This document shows positions 50,218 through 60,185 of a DNA stretch of 64,000 nucleotides, in pieces. Origin of the DNA: an uncultured Acidobacteriota bacterium (GTDB lineage Bacteria; Acidobacteriota; Thermoanaerobaculia; UBA5066). Location: positions 1,472,001-1,536,000 of the forward strand of contig CAVZYA010000002.1 of NCBI GenBank assembly GCA_963779415.1. Reading direction: 5' to 3'. Each line of letters starts with the position of its first letter. The first letter of the stretch is position 1. The notes beneath the pieces were generated by a model, which did not search any database, was not told where the DNA came from, and saw only the letters and a program-made list of their open reading frames with translations. The translations under genes were made by a program, and so were the position numbers.

Positions 50218-50979
50218 TTGAGGTATCTCATCCTGTCCGACATTCATTCGAACGACGAGGCCCTCGCGGCCGTCCTGAACCGGGTCAAGCGGAAGCGCTT
50301 CGACCGGATCATCTGTCTCGGGGACTTCGTCGGCTATGCGGCCGACCCCAACAAGGTCCTCGACCGCTTCCGCTCGCTCCCGAAGACGCGGTTCTCGATC
50401 CGTGGAAACCACGACAAGGTGGTCATCGGCACGGACCCGGGCGAGCTCTTCAATCCGCCCGCCCTCGCGGCGGCGCGCTGGACGGCCGAGCGCCTGTCGA
50501 AGGAGAACCTCGATTTTCTGAAGAAGCTCCCGCCGGGCCCGACGATCGTGGACGACCTGTTCGTCGTCTGCCACGGCTCGCCGCTCGACGAGGACGCCTA
50601 CATCTTCTCGGACTTCGACGCCTCGATGAACTTCATCCAGATGGACAAGATGGCCGCGGGCGTCGATCTCTGCTTCTTCGGGCACAGCCACATTCCGTCG
50701 GTCTTCACCCTCGAGGAGGACGGCGGCATCCGCGTCGAGGCGATCCGCGGAAACCGCCACCGCCTCGAGCTCAGGCGGGAGCGGAAGTACCTCGTCAACC
50801 CCGGCTCGGTCGGCCAGCCGCGGGACCGGATTCCGCACGCGTCGTACGCCATCTTCGACGCGGGCGAGCGGATGGTCCACTTCGACCGCGTTCCCTACGA
50901 CGTACAGGGGGCAAGGCGGAAGATCTACCGCGCCGGCCTCCCGGCCGTTCTCGGCGATCGCCTCGTGATCGGCCTTTGA
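50218..50979 (+). CDS. Calcineurin-like metallophosphoesterase
   Basis: ILSDIHSN, CLGDFVGY, IRGNHD, CHGSP, FFGHSH, VNPGSVGQPRD. Confidence 0.9.
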   Translation: MRYLILSDIHSNDEALAAVLNRVKRKRFDRIICLGDFVGYAADPNKVLDRFRSLPKTRFSIRGNHDKVVIGTDPGELFNPPALAAARWTAERLSKENLDFLKKLPPGPTIVDDLFVVCHGSPLDEDAYIFSDFDASMNFIQMDKMAAGVDLCFFGHSHIPSVFTLEEDGGIRVEAIRGNRHRLELRRERKYLVNPGSVGQPRDRIPHASYAIFDAGERMVHFDRVPYDVQGARRKIYRAGLPAVLGDRLVIGL

Positions 50980-52991
50980 GGCCGCGAAGTTCCCGGTTCC
51001 CGGCGATCCTTCTCGTGGCGGCCGGGGCCGTCTTCGCATCCTCGACTTCTTCCTCGCCGGCGTCGGAGAGGGTCGAGACGTTCGCGAAGCTCCTTCGGGC
51101 CGAAGACACGAGGACGTTCCACCGGGATCTCCTCTCCGGTGCGGCGGCGTCGCCCGATCCCTGGCTCCGGAAGAAGGCGGCGCTCACGGCGGGGCGGATC
51201 CGCGATCCCGGTGTGGCGGAGCTGATCGCCCCCCTTCTTCGTGATCCGGAGGCGTCCGTCCGTCGCGCCGCCGCCTTCGCCGCCGGCATGACGGAAGACC
51301 GGCGCCTCGTGTCGCCGCTCGTCCGGACGCTCGCGGATCCGGATCCCTCCGTGGCCGTGGCGGCGGCGCTGGCGCTCGGGAAGATCGGCGGTCCGGATGC
51401 GACCGCGGCGCTTCTGTCACTTCTCGATTCGGACTCTCCGGTTCGCGCCGCGGCGGCGATGGCGCTCGTCCGGTCGGAGGAGCCCCGCGTCCGCGAGAAG
51501 CTCGCCTCGCTCGCCACCGACCCGGCCGTTCCCGCCGACGTCCGGCGCGGGGCCGTCTACTCCCTGTCGCGTCGTCCGACGAAAGAGGGCGAAGCGGCGC
51601 TTCGCGCCGTGCTGAGAAGGAAAGAGAGCGAGGAGGAACGCGACGCGATCGCCTGGGCGGCCCGGGGAAGCGGGATTCTGAAGGATCCGGAGGCGATCGG
51701 GGACCTCGTCCGGCTCGCCTCGTCGGCGGAGATCCCGGTCGCGGTTCCGTCGCTCCTCGCGCTCGAGAAGATCGTCGCGGCGTCGACGGATCCGCGGGTC
51801 GGCGAGAAGGTCCGGGAGGTGGCGCTCGTCCGCGCGAACGACCCGCTCCCCGGTATCGCGGTGTCGGCGTTGCGGCTCCTCGGGCGCGTCCCGGGCGACG
51901 TCGAGGCTCGAAAGGCCCTCGAAAAGATATTTCTTCGAAAAGGGTGGAGGGGGGAGACGGCTCTCGTCAGCCTTGCCCGCGTCGACGCGGCGGAGGCACG
52001 GCGCCTGCTTCAAATTGCGGTCCGGGGAGACTCCCTCGAGCTGAAGCTCGGGGCCTCCGAAGCGCTGGAGTTCGTCTCCGAGGAAGACGCCGCATCGGTC
52101 GGTCCCGCGCTCCTCTCGGATCGCTCCGCCCGGGTCCGGACCTCGGCGGTCTCATTCCTTTCGAAGAGAAAGACGCCGATTCCCGATGCGGGACTCCTTG
52201 CAGCGTTGAACGACCCGAGCCCGTCCGTCCGTGCGGCCGCGCTGGAGGCCGCGGCCCCGCGTCTCGAGGCGGTCCCGGCCCTCGTCCCGGCGTGGGAAAA
52301 GGCGTTCGGCCGGAGCTTTGGGACGGCCGAGCCCGACGACGTCGTCACGGCGCTCGAGGCGGCGGCCGCCCGTGGCGCGGCGGGGCGCACGCTCGTGGCG
52401 GCGAGAGTGGACGACCCCGATTCCGTCGTCCGGGAAAAGGCGCGGCGCCTGATGGTGGAGAAATTCGGTGTGGCGCCCGGCGGCTTCCGGAAGATACCCG
52501 TGGATAGCGGGCGGACGATGGCCGGGTACCGCGAGCTCGCCCGGATGGCCCTTACTTTCGAGGCCGAGGTCGAGATCAGGACGGTCCGGGGGGAGTTCCG
52601 GATCGCTCTGGATTTCGAGGAGGCCCCCGCGACGTCTTTCAGCTTCTACACTCTCGCGAGGCACGGCTTCTTCAACGGGCTCCTCATCCACCGCGTCGTC
52701 CCCGATTTCGTCATCCAGACGGGAGACCCTCGCGGTGACGGGAGCGGCGGGCCGGGATACGTCCTCCGGGACGAGCTGAATATGCGGACGTACGAGCGTG
52801 GGACGGTGGGGATGGCGCTCTCGGGCCCCGACACGGGGGGCTCGCAGTGGTTCGTCGCGCTCTCCCCGCAGCCCCACCTCGACGGGGGCTACACGGTCTT
52901 CGGGCGTGTCGTCTCCGGCCTGGGAATCCTCGACCGGATCGAGCAGGACGACCGGCTCCTCTCCGTGACTGTCCGGGAGAAAAAGCGTTGA
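50976..52991 (+). CDS. Exported HEAT-repeat protein with C-terminal cyclophilin-type PPIase
   Basis: Signal peptide, HEAT repeats (DPEASVRRAAAFAAG), cyclophilin IHRVVPDFVIQTGDPRGDGSGGPGY, DTGGSQWF, HLDGGYTVFGRV. Confidence 0.88.
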   Translation: MRPRSSRFPAILLVAAGAVFASSTSSSPASERVETFAKLLRAEDTRTFHRDLLSGAAASPDPWLRKKAALTAGRIRDPGVAELIAPLLRDPEASVRRAAAFAAGMTEDRRLVSPLVRTLADPDPSVAVAAALALGKIGGPDATAALLSLLDSDSPVRAAAAMALVRSEEPRVREKLASLATDPAVPADVRRGAVYSLSRRPTKEGEAALRAVLRRKESEEERDAIAWAARGSGILKDPEAIGDLVRLASSAEIPVAVPSLLALEKIVAASTDPRVGEKVREVALVRANDPLPGIAVSALRLLGRVPGDVEARKALEKIFLRKGWRGETALVSLARVDAAEARRLLQIAVRGDSLELKLGASEALEFVSEEDAASVGPALLSDRSARVRTSAVSFLSKRKTPIPDAGLLAALNDPSPSVRAAALEAAAPRLEAVPALVPAWEKAFGRSFGTAEPDDVVTALEAAAARGAAGRTLVAARVDDPDSVVREKARRLMVEKFGVAPGGFRKIPVDSGRTMAGYRELARMALTFEAEVEIRTVRGEFRIALDFEEAPATSFSFYTLARHGFFNGLLIHRVVPDFVIQTGDPRGDGSGGPGYVLRDELNMRTYERGTVGMALSGPDTGGSQWFVALSPQPHLDGGYTVFGRVVSGLGILDRIEQDDRLLSVTVREKKR

Positions 52992-53902
52992 GAGTCTTCG
53001 TCGGCCAGCCGCTCCCCGAGCCGTCGACGTCCGAGCTGCTCTCGGGGCACGAGGTCGTGACGGGCAAAGGCGGGCTCGCTCCGGAGGAGGTCTCCGTCCA
53101 TCTCGCCATTGCGGACGCGTTTCTCCCGACGCCGCGCGAGCGCGTCAGCCGCGAGGTCCTGGGCGCCGCCCCTCGCCTCTCCATCGTCGCGACCTGTTCC
53201 GTCGGCACGGACCACATCGATCTCGCCGCGTGCCGCGAGCGCGGGATCGTCGTCTCGAATACGCCGGGGGTCCTGACGGACGCGACGGCGGACCTCGCCT
53301 TCGCGTTGATCCTCTCCGTGACGCGGCGGATGACGGAGGGAGAGGCGCTCGCCCGCTCGGGGACGTGGGACGGCTGGAAGCCGCTCGAGCTGCTCGGCAC
53401 GGGTCTTCAGGGAAAGACGCTCGGGATCTACGGGATGGGGCGAATCGGGACGGCGGTCGCCCGTCGGGGCGAGGCTTTCGGGATGCGGATCCTCGGGATG
53501 ACGGAGAAGGACGGCCTGGACCGTTTCGAGCGGCTTCTCGCCGAGTCCGACGTCCTCTCGATCCACGTGCCGCTCACGCCGGGAACCCGGGGCCGGTTCG
53601 GCCGGGCCGAATTCTCCCGGATGAAGCGTGGCGCTTTCCTCGTGAACACGGCGAGGGGCCCGATCGTGGAGGAGGAAGCGCTCGCCACGGCGCTGGAAGA
53701 GGGGCGCCTCGGCGGCGCCGGCCTCGACGTCTATGAGAAGGAGCCCTCCATCCATCCGCGCCTCCTCGGGCGGAGGGACGTCACTCTCCTCCCGCACCTC
53801 GGCTCGGCGACGATCGAGACGCGACTCGCGATGGCGCGTACGGCCTCGGCCGAGATCGCTCGCTTCTTCCGGGGCGAGCCGCTTCTCCATCCGGTCGGCT
53901 GA
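52988..53902 (+). CDS. D-2-hydroxyacid dehydrogenase (glyoxylate/hydroxypyruvate reductase-like)
   Basis: TTG overlapping the upstream stop; VGTDHID, NTPGVLTDATAD, GIYGMGRIG, VNTARG, LDVYEKEP, LPHLGSAT. Confidence 0.92.
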   Translation: MRVFVGQPLPEPSTSELLSGHEVVTGKGGLAPEEVSVHLAIADAFLPTPRERVSREVLGAAPRLSIVATCSVGTDHIDLAACRERGIVVSNTPGVLTDATADLAFALILSVTRRMTEGEALARSGTWDGWKPLELLGTGLQGKTLGIYGMGRIGTAVARRGEAFGMRILGMTEKDGLDRFERLLAESDVLSIHVPLTPGTRGRFGRAEFSRMKRGAFLVNTARGPIVEEEALATALEEGRLGGAGLDVYEKEPSIHPRLLGRRDVTLLPHLGSATIETRLAMARTASAEIARFFRGEPLLHPVG

Positions 53903-53955
53903 ACCGTCCGGAACACTTGTCCCCGCCGCCGCTGACCGGTTATCGTCGCCCCCAG

Positions 53956-55572
53956 ATGGAAACCGATGCGGGCCGACCCTCTCTCCGCTTCGACGTCGTC
54001 GTCCTCGGCGGCGCCATCGCCGGCTCCTCGGCCGCGCTCCTTCTGCGGCGCTGGCAGCCGGAGCTTTCTGTCCTCGTCCTCGAGAAGGGGACTGCCTTCG
54101 ACTGGAAGGTGGGGGAGTCGACGGTCGAGATCTCGGCGTATTTCCTGACGCGCGTCCTGAAGCTGTACGACTACCTGACGCGCGATCAGGTCACGAAACA
54201 GGGCTTCCGTTACTGGTTTCACAACGGAGACGTCCGGTGCCTGCGCGAGGCGAGTGAGGTGGGCCCCTCGCAGCTCGCGCGGACCCCGGGCTTTCAGCTC
54301 GACCGATCCCGCCTCGACGAGCACGTTCTCCGCCTCGCGGCCACGGAGGGCGCGGAAGTCTGGCGCCCCGCCCGGGCCGCCGAGCTCCGGCTCCGGGACG
54401 AGACCGGCGAGGCGGAGAACGTGGTCGTCGTCGAGCGCGGCGGGGAGCGGGTCGAGGTGCGGGCCGGATGGGTCGTGGACGCCACGGGGCGCGCCGCGAC
54501 GATCGCCCGGAAGAAGGGGCTCCTGAAACCCCTCGAGGCGCACCAGACGGCGTCGATCTGGGCGCGGTTTCGCGGCGTGAAGGACCTCGACGGAACGGAG
54601 GTCGTCGGGACCGACCCGGCCGATCCGTTCGTCCGGGACGTCGTCGTCGCGCGGCGTCTCTCGACGAACCACTTCGTCGGCCTCGGCTACTGGATCTGGT
54701 TCATTCCGCTTCGCGGGGGCGAGACCTCGATCGGACTCGTCTGGGACAAGCGGATCATCGACCCGAAGGGGGCGACGCCCGAGGAGCGGCTCCTTCGGTT
54801 CCTCGACGGAAACCCCCTGACGAGGGAGATGCTCGAGAAGGCCGAGATCGTTCCCGGCGACCTGCGCTACTACGGACACCTTCCCTATCTCAGCGACGGC
54901 GTCGTGGGGGACGGCTGGTCGCTCGTCGGGGACGCGGCCGGCTTTCTCGACCCGTTCTACAGCCCGGGCCTCGACCAGATGGCGTTCTCGGTCAGCTGGT
55001 CGCTGGAGCTGATCCGGAAGATGAAGGCCCTCCCGGGCGCCGAGTTCGCGAAGGAGTTGGAGCTTCACAACACGCGGTATCGCCGGTACTTCAGCTACTT
55101 CTTCGGCTCCATTTACCAGGAGAAGTACTGGCTCATGGGGGACTACGACACGATGACGACGGCGTTCCTGATGGACACGGCGCTCTATTACCTCGCGGCC
55201 GTCATCCCCATCTACCGCTGGTCGGCGGAGCGGATTCTCGTTCCCCCCTTCTACCAGGACTTCTCCGAGGTGGCCTTTTATCCGATGCGCTTCTACCAGC
55301 GCCGACTGATCTCCATCGCGAAGCGAAAGCTGGCGCTGGGGATCTACGGCAACCACAACGCGGGGCGGCGTCCCGGGCTCGTCGGCTTCTCCGTCCGCTC
55401 CAGCGCCTGGGTCATGCTCGGGCATGGCCTCGTCCGGTGGGCGAAGGCCGAGTTCTTCCATGCGCTCTCGTACTTCGTGCGGCCCAAGCCGATGACGGCG
55501 CAGATGCCGATCCAGGATCGGGTCACGCCGGCCTCGCCGGGCCCTGCGGATTCCCCCGCGAAGGCCGCCTAG
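53956..55572 (+). CDS. Flavin-dependent halogenase-family protein
   Basis: Rossmann motif VVLGGAIAG, KVGES, VVDATGR, WxWxIP motif YWIWFIPL, GDAAGFLDPFYSPG. Confidence 0.82.
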   Translation: METDAGRPSLRFDVVVLGGAIAGSSAALLLRRWQPELSVLVLEKGTAFDWKVGESTVEISAYFLTRVLKLYDYLTRDQVTKQGFRYWFHNGDVRCLREASEVGPSQLARTPGFQLDRSRLDEHVLRLAATEGAEVWRPARAAELRLRDETGEAENVVVVERGGERVEVRAGWVVDATGRAATIARKKGLLKPLEAHQTASIWARFRGVKDLDGTEVVGTDPADPFVRDVVVARRLSTNHFVGLGYWIWFIPLRGGETSIGLVWDKRIIDPKGATPEERLLRFLDGNPLTREMLEKAEIVPGDLRYYGHLPYLSDGVVGDGWSLVGDAAGFLDPFYSPGLDQMAFSVSWSLELIRKMKALPGAEFAKELELHNTRYRRYFSYFFGSIYQEKYWLMGDYDTMTTAFLMDTALYYLAAVIPIYRWSAERILVPPFYQDFSEVAFYPMRFYQRRLISIAKRKLALGIYGNHNAGRRPGLVGFSVRSSAWVMLGHGLVRWAKAEFFHALSYFVRPKPMTAQMPIQDRVTPASPGPADSPAKAA

Positions 55573-57224
55573 CCGTAAAGGTCGGCGCGCGAGAGAGCGC
55601 GCGCGCCGATCGCGAAAGCGGCCGCGCCGAGCAGGATCGCGGCCACGCACCACCCGATCAGGGAGGCGGCCGCCGGAAATGCCTGGCCGCTCAATGTTCC
55701 AAGGAGGAGCCGCAGCTCACCGGAGACGGCCACGGACGCGGTCGCGGAAAGAGCCGTCGAGAGGACGAGGGTGAAGAGGCCTCCGGGTCCGAGAGCGACG
55801 GCGACCGCGTTCGGGGCGTCGTAGCGCGGGAAGAGCGCGCCGAGGCCGAGCTGAAGGGCCGGAAGGGCGAGCGCGCCTAGGAGCGTGACGGCGAGCGCGG
55901 CGAGCCGGGCCGGACGGGGGGGCGAGAGGATCGCGAGGCTCGCGAAGGAGAGGCCGAGCCCCGCGAGCCCCGCGGGGATGGCGCGGACGAGATACCGGTG
56001 GAAAAGGTGCCGCGTCGGCGAGAGCGGAAGCGAGCGGAGAACGAGAGCGGCGCGGCCGTCGGCGGAGACGGCCGGATAGGCGAACCGGAGCGATAGCGCC
56101 GCGACGAGGAAGAGAGTGATGGCGGTCTGGAGGCCGAGGAGGACGTCCCGCGTCGAAGCGTCCCCCCGCGGGAGGACGGCGAGGTTCAGGAGCTGGAGGA
56201 CGAAGACGGCGAAAAGCGAGCCCATCTGAGCGGGCGTCGAAGCCTCGCGCAGGAGGGCCGCCGCCTCGGACCGGAAGAGGGCGCGATCGAGCGAGGTGAC
56301 CGGGCGGCGGAGTGCCGCCGTGCGGGGCGACGCCGGGAGGAGCCGGGCCTCCTCGAGCGCCCGTCGGTGAACGGGGGCGAGACGGCCCGCGGCGACGAAG
56401 AGGAGGGCGGCGACGGCGAGCGAGACGAGAGCCGCCGCGAGCCCCCCCGGATCGCCGAAGAGGGCGCGCGTCAGCGCCCGGGCCGCATGGGCGGCCGGGT
56501 CGAGGCCGGGCGGAGAGGGCGGGGTCTCGCCGAGCGCCTGCAGGAGCGCCAGCGCCTGGACGGGATCGAAGAGCCGCTCGGGCCTCGATCCGCGAAAGCC
56601 GATCAGCGCGGCCGAGAGCCCGAGCGCCGAGAGGGTCGCGGCCAGGAGGAGCGCGCGGCGCGGAGGGATCAACCGGACGAGTAGAAGCGCGCCGGCGCTT
56701 CCCGCCACGCCCGAGGCGAGCGTCAAGGAGGCGAGCACGGCCATGCCCGCCGCGAGCGCCACGGCGGGACGAGGAGACCGGGCGGCGGCGACGCCGAGCG
56801 AGGGAAGGAGGAGAAGAAGCATCGGGGCGGCCGACGCGCCGGCCGTCCGGAGAATCTGGCGACGGAAGATCCGGACGTGAGGAATCGGCAGGACGAGGAG
56901 GGCCGGAAGCTCCGCGGAGAGAATGAGAGTCGAGACCCCGGTAGTCAGGGCGCCGAGGAGGAGGAGAACGGCGGCGGAGACGAGGCCCGCGGCGAGGAGT
57001 CGCTCGACGAGCCAGGGCGCGCGGATTTCGGGGATCTGCGGAAGCGCGACTGCCGCCGCGTCGAGGATGGCCGAGGTGGCTCCGCCGGTCCCGGCGGCGA
57101 AGGCGACGGCCGAAAGCGCCGCGACGAGGCTCGCGACCGTGTATCGGGCGCCGCCGCTTCGGAAACCGCGAACGAAACCGCGGAGCGAGTTCGCAAAGGC
57201 GATCCGGGCCGGAGAGGAAGCCAC
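55569..57224 (-). CDS. Putative ABC transporter permease (multi-TM)
   Basis: About 12-14 hydrophobic helices; ELPALLVLPI and LRFAYPAVSADGRAALVLRSLPLS motifs; follows an ABC ATPase. Confidence 0.75.
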   Translation of the reverse strand: MASSPARIAFANSLRGFVRGFRSGGARYTVASLVAALSAVAFAAGTGGATSAILDAAAVALPQIPEIRAPWLVERLLAAGLVSAAVLLLLGALTTGVSTLILSAELPALLVLPIPHVRIFRRQILRTAGASAAPMLLLLLPSLGVAAARSPRPAVALAAGMAVLASLTLASGVAGSAGALLLVRLIPPRRALLLAATLSALGLSAALIGFRGSRPERLFDPVQALALLQALGETPPSPPGLDPAAHAARALTRALFGDPGGLAAALVSLAVAALLFVAAGRLAPVHRRALEEARLLPASPRTAALRRPVTSLDRALFRSEAAALLREASTPAQMGSLFAVFVLQLLNLAVLPRGDASTRDVLLGLQTAITLFLVAALSLRFAYPAVSADGRAALVLRSLPLSPTRHLFHRYLVRAIPAGLAGLGLSFASLAILSPPRPARLAALAVTLLGALALPALQLGLGALFPRYDAPNAVAVALGPGGLFTLVLSTALSATASVAVSGELRLLLGTLSGQAFPAAASLIGWCVAAILLGAAAFAIGARALSRADLYG

Positions 57225-57971
57225 TCAGCTCTCCCCGTGTCGCTCCGCTGCGAAGAAGAGTTCCTCGAGGGGACCGCTTCGCCCGCCGGGCGTCGTCATC
57301 CTCGACGGCGCGCCCTGCGCGGCCAGGCGGCCGCCGACGAGGAGTCCCGCCTCCGTCGCGAGATCGGAAGCCGTCGCGAGCTGATGGGTGGTGAAGAGAA
57401 CCGTGGCGCCTTCGGTGGTCCGTTCCCGGAGCCGGCGAGCCAGCGTTCGCTGCGCGAAGGGATCGAGGCCGACCATCGGCTCGTCGAGAACGAAGAGATC
57501 GGGATCGTGGAGAAAGGCCTGGGAGAGGGCGACGCGCTGCCGCGTCCCGTGCGAGAGCGCCTCATTGCGGATGGCGGCCAAGTCCGTGAGGGCGAAGGCC
57601 GAAAGCTCGGCGTCGATCCGCTCCTCGAGCGCGTCGCCGGAGAGGCCGAAAACCGCCCCGACGAAGCGGAGAGACTCCCGCGGGGTCCATTTCGGCCAGA
57701 GGAGCGGCCGGTCCGGGACGAAGCCGAGACGGCGTTTCGCCGCGACCGGCTCGGTCGCCACATCGAACCCGCCGACGAGAACGCGTCCGGCCGTCGGGAC
57801 GAGGAGGCCGGTCAGAAGGCCGAGCGCCGTCGTCTTCCCGGCGCCGTTCGGGCCGACCAGCGCGAAGAGCGTCCCGGGCGCGATCGAGAGGTCGAGAGGA
57901 TGGAGGCCGACGGCACCCCCGTAGTACTTCGACGCCCCCTCGAAGCGGACCGCGTCGGGTTTCGCCCCCAT
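57225..57971 (-). CDS. ABC transporter ATP-binding protein
   Basis: GPNGAGKTT, LSHGTRQR, FVLDEPMVGLDP, TTH. Confidence 0.92.
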   Translation of the reverse strand: MGAKPDAVRFEGASKYYGGAVGLHPLDLSIAPGTLFALVGPNGAGKTTALGLLTGLLVPTAGRVLVGGFDVATEPVAAKRRLGFVPDRPLLWPKWTPRESLRFVGAVFGLSGDALEERIDAELSAFALTDLAAIRNEALSHGTRQRVALSQAFLHDPDLFVLDEPMVGLDPFAQRTLARRLRERTTEGATVLFTTHQLATASDLATEAGLLVGGRLAAQGAPSRMTTPGGRSGPLEELFFAAERHGES

Positions 57972-58008
57972 CCGTCAGGGATTCTAGCGGCGGGGGAGAG
58001 ATTGCCGC

Positions 58009-58608
58009 GTGTGGCAGGATGCCTTCGTGGCCGAGAAGGCGGAGTGGGACGACGCCGAGCTGGTGCGCCGGATCCTGGCCGGAGATGAGGTGCACTTCGA
58101 GACGCTCGTCGCACGCTATCAGACGCGCCTCTACCGTTTCATCTCGCGGTTCACGCGGGATTCCGAGGACGCGCGGGACGTCGCGCAGGAGGTCTTCCTC
58201 AAGGTCTACGGGGCGCTCGACGGCTACGATCCGCGCTACCGCTTCTCGACGTGGCTCTTCCGGATCGCCGGGAACGCCGCGATCGACCACCTCCGGCGGC
58301 GGCGCGGCCGGACCTTCCCGCTCGAGACGCTGCCTGACGAAGACGGGGAGACGCACGGAATCGATCCGCGCGACGAACGCCCCGACCCGCTCGAGGACCT
58401 CTCCCGCCGCCGGCTTCGACAGGAGATCGACGCGGCGATCGAGAGGCTTCCGGACGACTACCGCGAGCTGATAGGCCTGCGACATTACGGCGAGCTCCCC
58501 TACGAGGAGATCGCCGAGCTGAAGGGAATGCCGCTCGGCACCGTCAAGAACAAGCTCTTCCGGGCGCGGCGGGCTCTTCGAGATCTTTTGCCGCCCGACA
58601 TCGTATAG
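58009..58608 (+). CDS. ECF RNA polymerase sigma factor (RpoE/SigW-like)
   Basis: DARDVAQEVFLKVY, FSTWLFRIAGNAAIDHLRRR, YEEIAELKGMPLGTVKNKLFRAR. Confidence 0.93.
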   Translation: MWQDAFVAEKAEWDDAELVRRILAGDEVHFETLVARYQTRLYRFISRFTRDSEDARDVAQEVFLKVYGALDGYDPRYRFSTWLFRIAGNAAIDHLRRRRGRTFPLETLPDEDGETHGIDPRDERPDPLEDLSRRRLRQEIDAAIERLPDDYRELIGLRHYGELPYEEIAELKGMPLGTVKNKLFRARRALRDLLPPDIV

Positions 58609-58616
58609 AGGAGTCG

Positions 58617-59108
58617 ATGGAGATGGAGCCTGAGGACCGAATGACCGAGACCGGAGGAACCGCCGTGGAATCCGAGTTGGATCGGAAGATCGAACTCCTT
58701 CTGGATGAAATGGTTACGTCCTCGCCGGCCCTCCCGCACGACTTCGCGGCACGGGTGGCCGCGAGGCGTCCGTTCGCCTCGTGGGAAGTCCGGCATCCCT
58801 CGGCGTGGAAAGTTCCGGCCTTCGCAGGCGCCGGACTTCTCCTGGCAAGCGCGGCTGTGTTCGTGGCACCTGTCGGCCAGCTTGCCCCTTCGACGGCGCT
58901 CGCCGTCTGGGGACATCTCGTCACGGCGGCGCTTTCGTCCTCGGCCTCCGCGGCGATCTCGGCGGCACCGGCCCTCATGGCAGCAGGGGAAGCTCTCCGA
59001 GGCTCCGCGACGCCCGCGCTCGGTCTCCTTGTCCTCGGATCCGGGGCGCTCTTCGGAGCCGCGACGTTCGCATCGCTCCGGCGGCGGACGGCTCGCGCGC
59101 CGCGCTGA
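58617..59108 (+). CDS. Putative membrane anti-sigma factor
   Basis: Directly after the ECF sigma; P.DFAARV motif followed by hydrophobic helices. Confidence 0.55.
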   Translation: MEMEPEDRMTETGGTAVESELDRKIELLLDEMVTSSPALPHDFAARVAARRPFASWEVRHPSAWKVPAFAGAGLLLASAAVFVAPVGQLAPSTALAVWGHLVTAALSSSASAAISAAPALMAAGEALRGSATPALGLLVLGSGALFGAATFASLRRRTARAPR

Positions 59109-59122
59109 GGCCCGGGGACCGG

Positions 59123-60094
59123 ATGTCCTCCCGAAGACGCCGGAGGCCGCCGACGACTCTTCCGGCACTCGGGCTTCTTCTCGCATCGCTTTTTTCCGGC
59201 GCGGCTCACACCGAGTCGACTCCGGCTTCGGCGGGAAAGACCCGGGTCGTCCCCTCGGGCTCGCGAATCGGGGGGGACCTGACCGTCCTTGGACGGGATC
59301 TCGACGTTTCGGGAACCGTTGCGGGGACCGTCGTCGCGACGTGGGGATCGATCCGTGTGAGCGGCCACGTGACGGGACCGGTCGTCGCCATCGGCGGGGA
59401 CGTGACGGTTCTGGAGGAGGGCCGGGTGGACGACGACGTCCTCGCGATCGGAGGCGTGGTCCGTTTCGAGGGGTCGGCGTCCGCCAGCCGGTCGGTCGGC
59501 GGGACCGTGCGCTCCCTCGGTGCGCTCGAGTCCGCGTTCCTCGCGGAGCTCCGGACCTCTCCCGTTGCCGGAGCCGCCGTCTCGCCCGTACTCCTCTCGT
59601 TCCGGATCTTTCTCGTTCTTCTCTGGCTCGCCGCCGCTCTCCTCCTTCTTCGCTTGCAACCGCGAACCGTGGCCGGCGCGGCCGACGCCGTCTCGGGCCG
59701 GGTCGTCAACCTCGGGGCGATCGGAACGTCGGCCGTGCTCTCCGGGCTTCTCCTCGCGGTCGGCCTCCTTCTCGCGATCCCGGCGAAGATCGGTCTCGTC
59801 TTCGCGGCCGTCATCGCCGCGGCGCTCTACGGGGCGAAGGTCTGGGGGCTCTCGGTGCTCTCTCTCGCCATGGGCCGAAACCTCCTTCGATCGGCTCGCC
59901 GGGGGAGCCTGCTCTTCGGAGATCCGGCCGCCATGACGGCCGGCCTCCTCTCCTTCGGCCTCCCGTCTCTCATCCCCGTTCTCGGCCCGCTCTTCTGGGC
60001 CGTCGTCTCCCTCGTCGCGATCGGCGTCGCCGTCCGGGCGACGACGCTCCGCCGGGCGCCGGAGCCTGCGGCCTCCGCCCGCGCCGCGGCATAG
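59123..60094 (+). CDS. Exported bactofilin-like (polymer-forming) beta-helix fused to a multi-TM domain
   Basis: Signal peptide; repeats [53 protein letters not shown]; about 5 C-terminal TM helices. Confidence 0.7.
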   Translation: MSSRRRRRPPTTLPALGLLLASLFSGAAHTESTPASAGKTRVVPSGSRIGGDLTVLGRDLDVSGTVAGTVVATWGSIRVSGHVTGPVVAIGGDVTVLEEGRVDDDVLAIGGVVRFEGSASASRSVGGTVRSLGALESAFLAELRTSPVAGAAVSPVLLSFRIFLVLLWLAAALLLLRLQPRTVAGAADAVSGRVVNLGAIGTSAVLSGLLLAVGLLLAIPAKIGLVFAAVIAAALYGAKVWGLSVLSLAMGRNLLRSARRGSLLFGDPAAMTAGLLSFGLPSLIPVLGPLFWAVVSLVAIGVAVRATTLRRAPEPAASARAAA

Positions 60095-60185
60095 CAATCC
60101 GGCGATCCGGCGCGGGCTCCCACGGACTGATAGATTCGACGCGCGGCGTCGCCCGAGCGGTCGCCGGGAGGGAGTCGGTCAGACC

